From positions 187,302,001-187,366,000 of the forward strand of contig NC_091470.1 of assembly GCF_036971445.1 (NCBI RefSeq): a stretch of DNA of 64,000 nt, written 5' to 3'. The stretch is from Narcine bancroftii. Taxonomy: Eukaryota. Shown here in pieces: positions 37,482 to 49,978 of this stretch. Numbering within the stretch: position 1 is the stretch's first letter; each line of letters starts with the position of its first letter. A program made the position numbers and the translations under genes. The notes below the pieces were generated by a model. It was not told the DNA's origin and did no database searches. It was given only the letters and a program-made list of their open reading frames with translations.

Positions 37482-39084
37482 TTTCCTCCAGGGATCAATA
37501 CTGATCAAAAATTCAACTGCAGGATATTGTGTCTATAAAAGGGTTCGGGTCTGCATGACGTGTGGAGAATTACTCAACTCCTGATACCCCAAGGCCTTTC
37601 CTCCATTGACATGGCTCTTGACTGGATGTGTATATGGCTCCAGCGTCTCTCAGGAAGGTCATCACTAGCAACAACAGAGGAGCTCGCTTCGACCCCAATG
37701 AGCATCCAAACACTCTGTTCACCACTGGGGCACAGTGTCTGCAATCTGCAAAATGGACCACAGTTAACCAACCAGGCATCTCTGAAAGGACCTCCCAAAC
37801 TGGCTCAACCTGGTGATCTGGTAAATGATGTGAGCTTAGCCCACTCCTCTATTTATTACTGTGTGGCCAGGTAAAATTCAAAGATGGTGATGATGCGTAC
37901 AAAAGGAAGATAGATCAGCTCGTTGAGCAGTGTCACACCAGCAATTCTGTGCCCTACATCAGCAAAACCAAGGAGATGATTGTGGACTTCAGGAGGAAGT
38001 CAGGGGAACATGACCCAGTCCTCATCAAGGGCTCAGTAGTGGAGAGGGTCAAGAACCTCAAATTCCTGGGGTGTCAACATCTCCGAGGATCTGTCCTAGA
38101 GCCTCCATGACGACGCAATCACGAAGAAGACTCGACCGTGGCTATATTTCGTGAGGAGTTTGAGGTATGTCATCAAAGACTCTCCAGGTGGACCGTGAAG
38201 AGCATCCTGGCTGGTTGCATCACTGCCTGGTACGGAGGTGCTAACGTTCAGGACAGGAAAAAACTCCAGAGAGTTGCTAACTCGGCCTGCGACATCACGG
38301 GGCACCAGTCTTCACTCCATTGAGGTCGTCGACATGAGGTGATGTCTTTAAAAAGCCCCCTCTATCTTCAAAGCCGACCCCAGCACTGGGGCCAGGCCTC
38401 CTTCACTCTGCTACCATCAGGAAAAAGGTCCAGGAGCCTGAAGACGAGCACGCAGCGGCACAAGGACAGCTTCTTCCCCTCCGCCATCAGATTCCTGAAT
38501 GAACAACGAACCAAAGGCTTAGACTTTTCTTGCACTATTTTCATTTATTTGATAAGCTGGTTGATATAGCCAGAAGATGGCAGAGCTGCCCCTGGTGTGG
38601 ACCCATGGGGAGCAAGGAGCGGTGATGCAGTGCTCCCTTGGGGTCCAACCGCCCCGGTAGGCTGCCGTCAGCTCCACAATGGCCATTAAAGGATCCATAT
38701 CGGTGGTTCCATTTAAAATCCCGCCACCTGTGGCCAAGATGGCGGCGCCTCTGATCGGCAGCGGCCACAAGGGGGAGTGGAGGACTGGAGCAGGGCACCG
38801 GAAAATGGGTAGACCCCCCCCAACCCGGCTGAGAAGGAGAGGAGATGACGACCAAGGCTGGCGGACCAGCGAGGGTCATGCAGCGGGGCTGCTGGCGACT
38901 GGCTGGAAGGGAACCAGGATAAGAGGGGCGCTGAAGGTTTCCTGACCACGTCGGGGAGGCGGTTCGGACCTGGAGCTCGGGTCGCCAATGGTTCGGACTG
39001 GGCTGTGTGTGGCTGCGGAAGCGCTGGAGGCGAATCTACGGACACTCGGTGCGGTCTCCTGTGGAAGGAGAGGGGAAACAAGCA

Positions 39085-39236
39085 TTGGGGAACTCCGGGC
39101 CAGCGCCTAGTCGGCCACCCGCTCGTCGACGTCCAGGAGTGGCCCGCTGTTGGTTTCACTCGGCCACCCGCCGCTGGCTTTGCCTCAGCGTTCCGCCAAC
39201 AACACAAGAGAGCCGCGGATCCGCCGCCCGGTGAGT
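39085..39236 (+). promoter_or_regulatory. Probable promoter and non-coding exon 1 of ZBTB12 copy B
   Basis: CpG island with donor CCG|GTGAGT at 39230/39231, 3.6 kb upstream of the copy B acceptor; homologous to 51425-51551. Confidence 0.6.
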
Positions 39237-40085
39237 GCCCGCCGCGCTGGGAGGGACGGGGGCAGGCGGGGAGGGAGAACGGAGAACGGAGGCGGGCGTC
39301 GGGCTCCCTCCCCACCACCCCGACCCCATCTCCCCTGACACGGGGCCACAGCCGCCTCACGCCCCGGCGAAAGGGCGCCATGGTGGGGGCCCCCTTAAAG
39401 GCGACCCTTCTTCAGCCGGCAGGAAGAAGGAGAGAGAGGGGAGGGCGCGCCTTCCCCTTTAAGAGCCGTCCTCTTAAAGGCGGTAGCCGCCCTTGCGTGA
39501 GCCGGTGGGGTAACGGACGCTTAGGGGCGCCTTTCCCTTTAAGAGCACAGAACCTTCAGAAATTGGAGCAGGGGGTTGGCCATCCGGCCCGTCGAGCCTG
39601 TTCTGCCATTCAGTGAGATCATGGCTGATCTGATGATGGTCCTATCTGCACCGACCTGCCTGTTTTCCATAGTTTTTAATTCCCCCTACTATGTAAAAAC
39701 ATCTATCCAGCCTTGGCTTAAATATATTTACTGAGGACATCGATGGGCGGCGAATTCCACGGACTCACCACCCTCTGAGAAAAGCTTGTCTCCGTCCTAA
39801 ATCTGGATCTTCAGGCGATGTCTCCTCGTCCTGTCTCCCCCACCAATGGGAACAACTTATCAGTCTCTATCGTATCTCTGCCTTTCATAATTTTATACGT
39901 TTCCACTCTCGTTCTTTTGAATTCCAGCAAGTGCAGTCCCAGACGCCCCAATCTCTCCTCACAGGCCAACCCCCTCCTCCCTGGAATCCACCTCTGCACC
40001 GCCTCCAGACCAGAATTGCACGCAGATCCCCAGATGCGGCCTCGCCAGGACCCTGTACGGTTACAGCAGAACTTCCCTGTCCCCA

Positions 40086-42393
40086 CTGTGGCTTCCATAA
40101 TGTTTTGTTTTCTCCTTTATTTGCCCTTGTCCTGCACAGTTTTACATTTGTAATGAAACAACATGTACGTAATTAAAGTGCACGTTCTAGATTTCACTCA
40201 AGGTTATTTGTATACGTCTTGGGTTTGACCACGTGGAAATGACAGCATTTTTTTTATAAATAGTTCCCCCATTTCAGGGCACTGTAGTGTTTGGGACATT
40301 TGGTTTCACAGGCATTTGTGAGTAGTCAAGAATGTTTAAGTCAGTGATTCTCAACCTTCCCTTCCCACTCACATACCACCTTAAGCAATCCCTTACTAAT
40401 CACAGAGCACTGATGGCAGAGGCATTACTTGAAGTGGGATGCGAGTGAGACACTGGTTTAATTGCTTCATTGGTGCTGGTTTAAGAGAGCTAGGCTTGCT
40501 TTTGATCACCTTTCGAGTCAATTGTTGCCATTTTTCAACCCGAGGATTCAAGTTGTGCCAAGGGAAGTCAAAGAAGCCAAGATGAGGCTGAAAACCAAGA
40601 ATAAAATAGTAAGAGACATCGCCCAAACCTTGGGGTGACCAAAATCAACAGGTTGGAACGTCTTTAAGGTGCACCGATGAGCTCAGTAATTGCTAAAGGA
40701 CTGGTACTGCAAGGAAGGCCTCCTCTCCCGATGATACAGGAATTCTCGTCATAATGAAGAAAAATCCCCAAGCTCCTGTCCGACAGATCAGGCACACTCT
40801 TCAGGAGGCAGGTGTGGACGTGTCAATGGCTCCTGTCCACAGAAGACTTCATGAACAGAAATACAGAGTCTACACTGCAAGATGCCAACCACGGCAGAGG
40901 TAGTCTGCTTTGGATCTTGGGCAGTTCCTTTACGCCTCCACACTTTGCTCTTGACATCACTCTGACACAGGTTAATCATGCTCTCGTCTGTCCGCAAGAC
41001 CTTTTTCCAGAATTTTTCAGTGTCTTTTAAATACTTCTTGGCAAACTGTGATCTGTCCGTCCTGTTTCTGTGGCGAACTAGTGGTTGGCATCTGCAGCGC
41101 AGCCTCTGCGTTTCTGTTCATGAAGTCTTCTGCGGACAGGAGCCATTGACACGTCCACACCTGCCTCCTGAAGAGTGGTCCTGATCTGTCGGACAGGAGC
41201 TTGGGGATTCTTCTTCATTATGACGAGAATTCCTGTGTCATCAGCAATGGTTGTATTCCTTGGCCGACCAGTCCCTTTGCGACGACTGAGCTCACCAGTA
41301 CACGTTTTCTTCCTAATGGTGTTCAACGCTGTTGATTTTGCTTATCCTAAGGTTTAGGCAATGTCTCTTACTGTTTTATTCTTGTTTTTCAGCCTCATCA
41401 TGGCTTCTTTGACTTTCATTGGCACAACCCCCAAGTTGGGGAATCAGAGGTGGAGAGGGTGAAAGCACGTCAGCGTCTCTACTTCCTCAGGAGATTGCAG
41501 AGGATTAGTAATGACACCAGAAATTTCTACAGAGATGCAGTGGGAAGTGTGCTGACCAGCTGCATTACATTCTGATATGGGGGGACACCAATGCCCCTGA
41601 GTGTAAAGCCCTCCAAAGGGTAATGGACACAGCCCAGGACACCACAGGCAAAACCCTCTCCACCATCGAGAATTTCTGCTGGGGACACTGCTGTCAGAGG
41701 GCAGTAGCAATCATTAAAGATCCTCACCACCCAGCACACGCTCTGTTCTCGCTGCTGCCATCAGGGAAGAGGTCGGGGTGCCTTAAGACTCGCACCTACC
41801 AGGTTTGGGGACAGCAGCTACCCCATCAGACTCCTCAATGACAAACTCAATCAGGGACTCATTTAAGGACTCTTACTTGTGCACTTGATTGATTTTTCTT
41901 TTTGTTCTCTCTGTATTGCAGTTTGTTTACATACATTATTTGTTTACAGTTTATTTGTTTACATGTTCACGCTACAGTTTTTTTGCACTACCAATTGATG
42001 GTAATTCTGCCGTGCCCACATGAAAAAAGAATCTCAGGGTTGTATGTGATGCTATGTACTCGGACAATAAATCTGAAATCTTGTGTTGAAAAATGGCAAC
42101 GACAGTCTCCAAAGGTGATCAGAAGCTTAGAAACAGGCCTAATTCTCTTATACCTGGTCCAATGAAGCAATCAAACCTACCTGAGTACTCACAAACAAAT
42201 GTCCCAAACACTATGAGGCCCTTTTAGAACTATGTCTAAAAAGTGCTGCAATCTCTGCAGGGTCAAACCAAAATGTACATAAATAACCTTGAATAAACTC
42301 TGGTACATGCACTTTAATTACATGTGAATTGTTTGATTACAAATTTAAAACTGTGGAGCACGGGGGCAAATAAAGTGTCTTTGGGGGCCACTG
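40086..42393. mobile_element. Tc1/mariner derivative with an internal inverted duplication (fold-back) and a nested Rex/Babar fragment
   Basis: Long TIRs (right end gccactg|TA). The transposase N-terminus KGTGRPRNTT...MKKNPQAPVRQIRTTLQEAGVDVS is present on both strands (about 40560-40880 plus, 41080-41430 minus). Confidence 0.7.
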
Positions 42394-42833
42394 TAAATTC
42401 CACCCCTCCAGCAAGGAAAGGCCAACGGTAATTTGCCTGCTACACCTGGCCAGCCAACGTTTTACGAGCAAACTGATCCCCATCCCACCTGAAGCGATCC
42501 CTCTGCCGTCGGTGCTCCCGTGATTAGTACGGGATTGCTTCAGGTGCGAGTGGGGAAGGAAAAGCATTGACTAGTCATGTGCATAGCTTCATCGCTCCCA
42601 ATGGAAAAGGGCCAATGGCAACTTTTCTCAAGCCCAATAATTCAGTGACAACCGGGTCTAGAGCAGTGTTTCTCGACCTTCCCTTCCCACCCACATCCCA
42701 CCTTAATCAACCCTTTACTAATCGCAGAGCCCCCGATGGCACAAAGTGGGATGCGAGTCGCCGTGGGGGGGGGGGGGGGGTGCGCTGGTGGGCGCCTGTC
42801 AAACGCTGGCTTGCGTGTCTCTCGCAGGGGGCG

Positions 42834-43895
42834 ATGGCCAGCGGGAAGCTGCTCCGTTTCCAGTTCCCCGAGCACGAAGGCTCGACCCTGCGGCGGATGA
42901 ACGAGCTGCGGAGGGAGGAGTGGTTCTGCGACGTGACCATCGTGGTGGGCGGCCTGCGCTTCCCGGCGCACCGCGTAGTGCTGGCCGCCTGCTCGCCCTT
43001 CCTGCGCGACCGCTTCCACATGGACCCGTCGCGGGAGGTGCAGGTGTGCCCCATGGCCGGCGCCGAGGTGGTGCTGCGCCTGCTGCTCTCCTGCTACACC
43101 GGCGCCCTGGAGTTCCCCTTCCGCGAGATCGTGGACTACCTGGCGGCCGCCAGCTGCTTGCAGATGGAGCATGTGGTGGAGAAGTGCCGTCAGTCGCTGA
43201 ATCCCTGCGTGGCTTCCCTCCTGGTCGAGGAAGGGGACGGGCGCCCCTCCACCCCGCAGATGGCCTCCTCCTCCTCCTCCGGCCGGGTCCCGGAGCCGTG
43301 GCCCGGCGCCGAGGGAGCGGTGAAGCAAGAGCAAGACGGCCACCAGCCCACCCTACCCGAGCCCGATCCCCGCATCCATTCCACGGTGGGCGCCAAGGCC
43401 GAGGAGCCGGCCGGCGCTGAGGTGGAGCTGCCCGAAGAAGACGACGAGAGCTCGGCCAGCGACAGCCTGCAGCGGGGGGGCGAGGAGCTCCTGACCCCGC
43501 CCGAGGTCAAGCCGGCCCGCTGCTCCGAGTGCCCGGCTGCCTTCGAGCAGCGGGAGCACCTGGCCGCCCACATGGTCACCCACCGGCTCTACATGTGCCT
43601 GCTGTGCGGCAAGGTGTTCAAGAAGAACGCGCTCCTCGCCCAGCACATCAACGTGCACACTGGCTTCAAGCCCCACTGCTGCGCCGTGTGCGGCCGCACC
43701 TTCACCCAGAAGCGCTCGCTCAAGGACCACATGAACGTGCACAACGGCGACGCGCCCCACTGCTGCAACTACTGCGACATGCGCTTCACCCACTACAACA
43801 CGCTGCGCGTCCACCTGCGCGACCTGCACGGCAAGACCACCACCAGCAACTCCAGCGACAGCCGGCTGGCCGAGATCAAGGTGGTCGTTCCTTAG
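42834..43895 (+). CDS. ZBTB12: ZBTB12-like BTB/POZ + 4 C2H2 zinc-finger protein, copy B (353 aa, single coding exon)
   Basis: MASGKLLRFQFPEHEGSTLRRMNELR...LLLSCYTGALEFPFREIVDYLAAAS resembles ZBTB12 ([27 protein letters not shown], recalled). Acceptor gtgtctctcgcag| ends at 42827, Kozak gcgATGG; C-terminus RLAEIKVVVP. Confidence 0.86.
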   Translation: MASGKLLRFQFPEHEGSTLRRMNELRREEWFCDVTIVVGGLRFPAHRVVLAACSPFLRDRFHMDPSREVQVCPMAGAEVVLRLLLSCYTGALEFPFREIVDYLAAASCLQMEHVVEKCRQSLNPCVASLLVEEGDGRPSTPQMASSSSSGRVPEPWPGAEGAVKQEQDGHQPTLPEPDPRIHSTVGAKAEEPAGAEVELPEEDDESSASDSLQRGGEELLTPPEVKPARCSECPAAFEQREHLAAHMVTHRLYMCLLCGKVFKKNALLAQHINVHTGFKPHCCAVCGRTFTQKRSLKDHMNVHNGDAPHCCNYCDMRFTHYNTLRVHLRDLHGKTTTSNSSDSRLAEIKVVVP

Positions 43896-46126
43896 GGCAG
43901 GTGGGCGGGCGAGGCCGGGAGGGAAGTCCGCCTCGCTCGCCCCGGGGGGTGGCGACCGCGCCCGAACTGCAGTCGCCCCCCTCCCCATCCGCCGCCGCCG
44001 CCTGTGGATTTGGTGTCCGGGGTGGTGGACCGAGACGAGACCACCCCGGCTGACACGCGCACGCCAACATTCCTAGAACATCAAACAGGTTGAAGCCACT
44101 GCATTGCCAATCCGCCGCCTTGCAACGACCCCCTCCCCCTTCTATGCTCCATTCGCCCTTCCCTCCAGGCAGGGCCCGAGCGACCGTGAAAACACTCGAC
44201 CTCTTTCACCCCGTGTGCTGATCGCGCCCCCCCAACCCGCCACTCGAAGCAGTTTTGACTCGTCTTCCCTCGGTTTGTTGTAGCCCGTGTTGAACCCACC
44301 CATGCCTGCTGTTGACAGAACACTCCCGCTCATCCTCAAGGCCGACCCAACTACCATCTCCAGTGTGTCCTGGACCATTCTGTGTGGAAGTAAAACACAC
44401 GGATGCCTGCAGGCAAAAACGCAACGCTGGAGAAACTCAGCAGGTCAAACAGCGTGCTTTATATTAGCAGAGGTAAAGGTCCAGAACCAAGGTTTCAGGC
44501 TTGAGCTCTTCATCAGGGGTGTGATCTTTTGGCAAAGGGCTCAAGCCCGAAATGTTATCTTTGCTACATGAAGTCCACTGTTTCTCCAGTGTTGTGTTTT
44601 ACCATTCCGAATGGGAAGGTTTGACCTCCCATCGCCCCACCCAGCGCTTTAATTCTGTGCCACCGTCCCGTGAACATCTCCCCTCTGGACTCACCCACTC
44701 TGGTCCCGTCCAACACTACCCCCTCCCCCCAAAAATCTCCCAACCTTCACTCTCCAAGAGGAACTGCCCTGGATTGTCCAGTCTGCACCCCCTCCGCCCT
44801 GGCGCTGGAACCGTGGCGCAGCCCGTCCCGCGCTCGACTGCCTCCAATCATCGTGGAAGCATTACAGCACAGAAAGCAGGCCTTTCGGCCCTTCTATTCT
44901 GTGCCGAACTATCATTCTGCCTAGTCCCACTGACCTCCACCCAGTTCATACCCCTCCCACCCATGTCAAAATTGAGCCTGTGTTTACCACCTCAGCTGGC
45001 AATTCCTACCACTCTCTGTTACAAACTTCCTTAACGGGAAGCAAACCCTTCTTTGTTGCCTTGTCTGTTGTAATTACACTTCGCTGCACTTGTTTAAGGA
45101 ACTCAAACTCTCTTCGCAGAGCCTCTTTAATTTTAATCGGTGCGTGCTTCTTTGTCAAATAAACCATAAACCAAAGTCCACCATCGCCGGACGCACCTTC
45201 TCGGTGCCTCACCGCCTAGGCGAGGTACCACTGATGGTACCTGCACCAATTCATTGCACTGCCTTTTCGCTGGGGTGCATCTGGACCTCATCTCCCACTC
45301 TGCCCATTGACATCACACGTACATCTTGCATTTTCCAGGAGACCTCTGGAAAAACCATTGTGAAGTTCTAAAAATATTTTATCATTCATGAAATTAAATT
45401 CCCCCTCCCCCCTCTCCCTTTTGCAGCCTAGGGCAATTTGAGGGCAGATTTATAGAAATAAAATGTTTATATTAAAAAAACTGTGTTTGTCTGACGGACT
45501 CACCGCTGATCTCAAACTCGGGGCTCGGGTCCAAACCATCACTCCGGCAGAACTCTGAAACAAGCGGGGAACCCATTGGAGGTTGTGAGGCCAGGCAGCG
45601 TCTGCGGAGGCTGGGGAAAAACCTACCAGAAGCATAGAGGCCAACATTACCTGCTGGCGGAACTTGGCGAGGTCAGCAGCCCATCAGCGGGAGAAAAAGA
45701 GTAAACAAAATGAGAAGGTGGATGGGCTCGACGGGTTTTGATAAAGGGCTCCAATGAGGAAAATGTTTTCCCACCGCATCTCCCCACGGTCTGAGTGTCG
45801 AGTATGGATGTTCTGGTAAGGTGGTACACGACAGTATGGTGCGGTCAAATTTGGAGTATGGTGTGCAGTTTTGCTCACTTAACTACAGGAAAGATATGAA
45901 TAAGATTGAAAGATTTACTAGGATGTTGCCCGGACTTCGGGGACGGAGTTACAGGAAAAGGTTAAGTATGAAAGGTCGCTGAATATTTGCAATCATAGTA
46001 CGACAAGAAAAACTGTGTTTCCTTGCGTGCAGAAAGTTTTCTGTTCGGTCAACTAGTAAGGGGAAGACTTCCAGAGGTAGATGGTCATGGGGGGGCGGGG
46101 GGGGGGGGTTATTCTTGAGCCTAGAC

Positions 46127-46576
46127 CAGTGGTTCTCAACCTTTTTCTTTCCACTCACATCCCACTTTAAGCATTCTCTATGCCGTCGGTGCTCTGTGAT
46201 TAGTAAGGGATTGCTTAAGGAGGTATGTGGGTGGAAAGAAAAAGTTTGAAAACCACCGTTTTAATCGTCCCTCATTGACTCGTTATGTGCACTGTTTCAG
46301 AACTCCAAAGAAATGGCCAATGACCATTTTTCTCAAGCAAAATATTTCACTGACAATTGAGTCTCGAGAAGTGATTCTCAACCTTCCCTTCCCACTCGCA
46401 TCCCACCTTAAACAATCTCTCACTAATCACAAGCATAGGGATTACTTAAAGTGGGATGTGAGTGGAAAGAAAAAGGTTGAGAACCACTTACCTATTCCAA
46501 AGGTGCTCTGCACTTAGTAAGGCATTGCTTAAGATGGTATGTGAGTGGGAATTAAAAAAAGGGCAGAGAACCACTG
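46127..46576. mobile_element. hAT-type MITE, same family. Further copies or fragments at about 40342-40455, 42470-42760, 48294-48400, 50935-51160, 54725-55064 and 60796-60917
   Basis: Shared cagtggttctcaacc...gattgcttaaggtgg...gagaaccactg sequence. Confidence 0.75.
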
Positions 46577-49260
46577 GTCTAGGATGTCATGTTGAAGTTG
46601 GTGAGGCCAAATTTAGATATTATGTGCAGTTCTGGTTGCCAGACTACAGGAAGGATATCAATAAGACTGAAAGATTGCAGAGAAGATTTACTGGAATGTT
46701 GCCAAATTTTCAGGAGTTGAGTTACAGGGAAAGATTAAATAGGTTAGGGCTTTATTCCTTAGAGCGAAGAAGAATGAGGGGAGATTTGATTGACATTTAC
46801 AAGATTATGAGAGGAGTAGACAGAGTGGATGTGAGGAGGCTTTTTCCACAGACGGGGGAGATAAATATGAGAGGCCATAGTTTTAAGCTGAAAGAGAGAA
46901 AGTTCTTAATTCGGATAGTGATTGGAATGTGGAATGAGTTGCCATCTGATGTGAATGCGGGCTTGATCTTGAATTTTAAGAAAAATTGGATAGATGGGAG
47001 AGGTCTGGAGGGTGATGGAATGGGAGCAGGTCAATGGAACGAGTGGATAATGGTTGGCACAGACTAGAAGGGCCGAATGGTCTGTTCTTCTGTGCTGTAT
47101 CATTCTATGGTTTTAAGAACTGGGTTATGTAGAGATCTAGTGTCAAAGGAACACTGCAAGAAGTAAACAATACAGTGAGTGCAGAATGACTCTGCCCAGA
47201 GTGACCCATTACAGAAAAGATCTGCTTACAGAATCCACCTCTGGGGGGGGGGGGGGGGGGAAGGAAATCCCATTGCAGGCAGGTCTGGTGCAGAGTCATC
47301 CATCTTGCAAGGTGGCCTATTAGTTATCTGCCAGCAGTGGCTCCATCCAAGTAATCTAGTTGCAGAGGGGGGCAAGGTGCAGTGATCCTCGACCATGATC
47401 AAGATTCTGGGCGGCCCAACACTGTCAGCCAACTGCAGAGCTGCAAGTGCAGTGATTGTCCTGTTGGGAAGAGAATCAGATTCGATGGGTTGACAGAGAG
47501 ATGATTCTGGGCACAAGTGTTACAATCACACTTCTATTAACAAACAGGGAGAATGTTAAATGGTACTCGATCACCATTTCACTTAAGCAACAACATCGAC
47601 ATTCACCTCGGATTTGGGTCGGACTCCAACTACGGTAAACCTATACCCAACACGCTCACACACTACAAACACACACCCGATTCCCTGACCAACAGGGGTG
47701 CTGCAAGTATTGATCTATTGCAATACTACACCCACACTTACCATGACCCTTCCCGCGGTGTCCACAGTAGTGACCTGAAGTGGAGTGATGTCCGGGCTTG
47801 GACCACGAGGCAGAGAGACAGAGTGTGCTGGTGCATTGGTGATAATCTGTGCTTCTAGCCAATAATTACCCCAGATCATTTAAATTAGCCAAAGGCAAGA
47901 TATGCCTAATGGGTGGCCGGAGTCCAACCTTGACTGACAGGTGATATGACTTCTAAATAAGTTTCAGATGGGGAGGAACATGTGATTATCCTCAATACAT
48001 AAATTCCAGACAGGCAGGGAGGACACGATTCCTGCACACACATTAAACCCCTTGGAAGTCATATTCCTCTGCGATCAATATGAAGACAATCAATACTCTA
48101 GGTACATGTTATAACTATAAAAAAGGAAAAGGAAAAAAACCAATACCAATCAATATGTGCCTTCCTTATGGTGGACAAGGCACATAATTGGATTCAATGA
48201 CAATGTCTCTCTCCTCGACCAAACAGGATTGCTGTGTTCCTGATAGAGCAGGGTGATGTGGTGCCCCAAGAACCTGTGTTGGATCCCTGTAATGCAGTGA
48301 TTCTCAACCTTCCCTTCCCACCCACATCCCACCTTAAGCAATCCCTTACTGATCACAGAGCACCAATGCCATAGGGATGACTTAAAGTGGGATGAGAGCC
48401 GGAAGGAGTCAGAATTGAACATTAGCCAATTTGTGATTTTAAGTAAAAGCTCCTGAAGACCCCACCCCGTGAGATACAGGCTGAGTCTCCAAAATCCAAA
48501 ACTTTTTCCGTCTGTGGTCTTATAAGGTAAAAGAGTTCAGAAATCCAGATCAGAGAGGATGTTAGTAGTGTATTATAGTTGCATATATAAATATTTTTTT
48601 ATTTTAAAGTGAACACCTGTATCTTTAAGTCTGAGTGAATGTGTGCATTTTTAAAATGGTGTTCCAAAATCTGAAAGCTTCCAGTCCCATGCATTTCAGA
48701 TAAGGGGTACATGACCTGCATTTGTTTCTGTGAGGGTTGGTGGGGACGCTGCCATTGTCAAGTGAAACAAAATATATGTTTCTTTATAGTGCAGTGGTTC
48801 CAAAACCCTCTCAGGCTGCGCACCACCCTGGCTCCAAGATCACAATCCCCGCCCTCGCCCCACGCACACACACCTCTTTCTTACTGACAATATAAAACAA
48901 CAACTAATCTGACACTATAAACAAGCTTATGTATTTCACAATGAAACTTATAGTAGACTAATTTATTTAGCCAATTGAAAGGGTCAATTTATATGGCACC
49001 TGTAACTACAATACAAGTCTGAAGATAACTTGTGATGCTCACAGAACCCTCACCGCACCCCCCCTCCCCCCCCCCCCCAACAACCCGTAACCCATCCGCG
49101 ACTAAATGCATGATCACCCGTCCCCCAGCACCATCCACTGTTTGACCTGGCTGAGGAGTGGCGCGTGTCCTGTCCAGACCACGGCCGCTTATACATTATG
49201 CAGAGTAGATGCCCCATCTCAGGGGGCTGTTAAAAAAAAGGTCCATTTTAAAGGCTGTAC

Positions 49261-49610
49261 TGTTACAAGATCAAACCAACAACCACAAAGAAGGCATATC
49301 ACACAGGGGTAAAGATGAACAATTACTTTATTAACAAAAATTCACCTTCAAACTTTAATTCAAATCCCCCTTTTATAACAATGCCCACTGGTTACTATGC
49401 AAATTTCTATAACAGGGTAAAACTAATAAATTCCCCACCCTAAATATAAAATGTAATTAAAGTCGAAGTTATATTTCCAACCAGCCCACAGAAAAACTTA
49501 GACACAAAACAAACACAAAATATACAAGAATCACAAGACTTCGATCTCAACGAAGCAAAGATCATAAACAAAATACAGTTGGTTTGGTAAACTGAGACCA
49601 AAAGATATTT

Positions 49611-49641
<31 letters not shown>

Positions 49642-49978
49642 GGGAGGTTGTCTTGTGTTGCTGCAGAGAGAGGAACCACGGCTTGGTCCAGATCCTTCTG
49701 GCTGCCTTCGGAATGTTCATCCCTTTTAAAATGCCCAACATTCTAACTGTCCTCCAGACCATGACTCATGGTCTGTGCCTCCTTCCACTCCACAGCACTA
49801 CCTACTGGTGGTTTATCGTTCAAGTCCAGACATTTCTAGATCATCTTCTGCACATGCCCAGTCCATCTCCCATTCCTCAGCAGTCCACCTTCACCCTGGC
49901 TCTCCAAGGCAAACTGTCACTTTTTAACATAAAACCACACAACACATACGTCAATACACAACACAGAACTCTGTAACA
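49261..49978. mobile_element. Solo LTR-like element
   Basis: Inverted termini tgttaca...tgtaaca and an internal (GA)n tract; TSD not evident. Confidence 0.5.

Noticed and set aside
38735-38747. YY1 consensus caagatggcggcg upstream of ZBTB12 copy B exon 1
   Set aside because: Sits in sequence that looks repeat-derived; a function cannot be supported from the sequence alone.
42567-42833. 89-aa N-terminal extension of ZBTB12 copy B in the ORF track
   Set aside because: Starts at TTG, runs through a hAT MITE, and lies upstream of a clear splice acceptor at 42827; homology begins at ATG 42834.
31783-44053. Overlapping alternate-frame and antisense ORFs on the ZBTB12 exons and the 39 kb CpG island
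   Set aside because: Expected by-product of high GC content; no recognisable domains.
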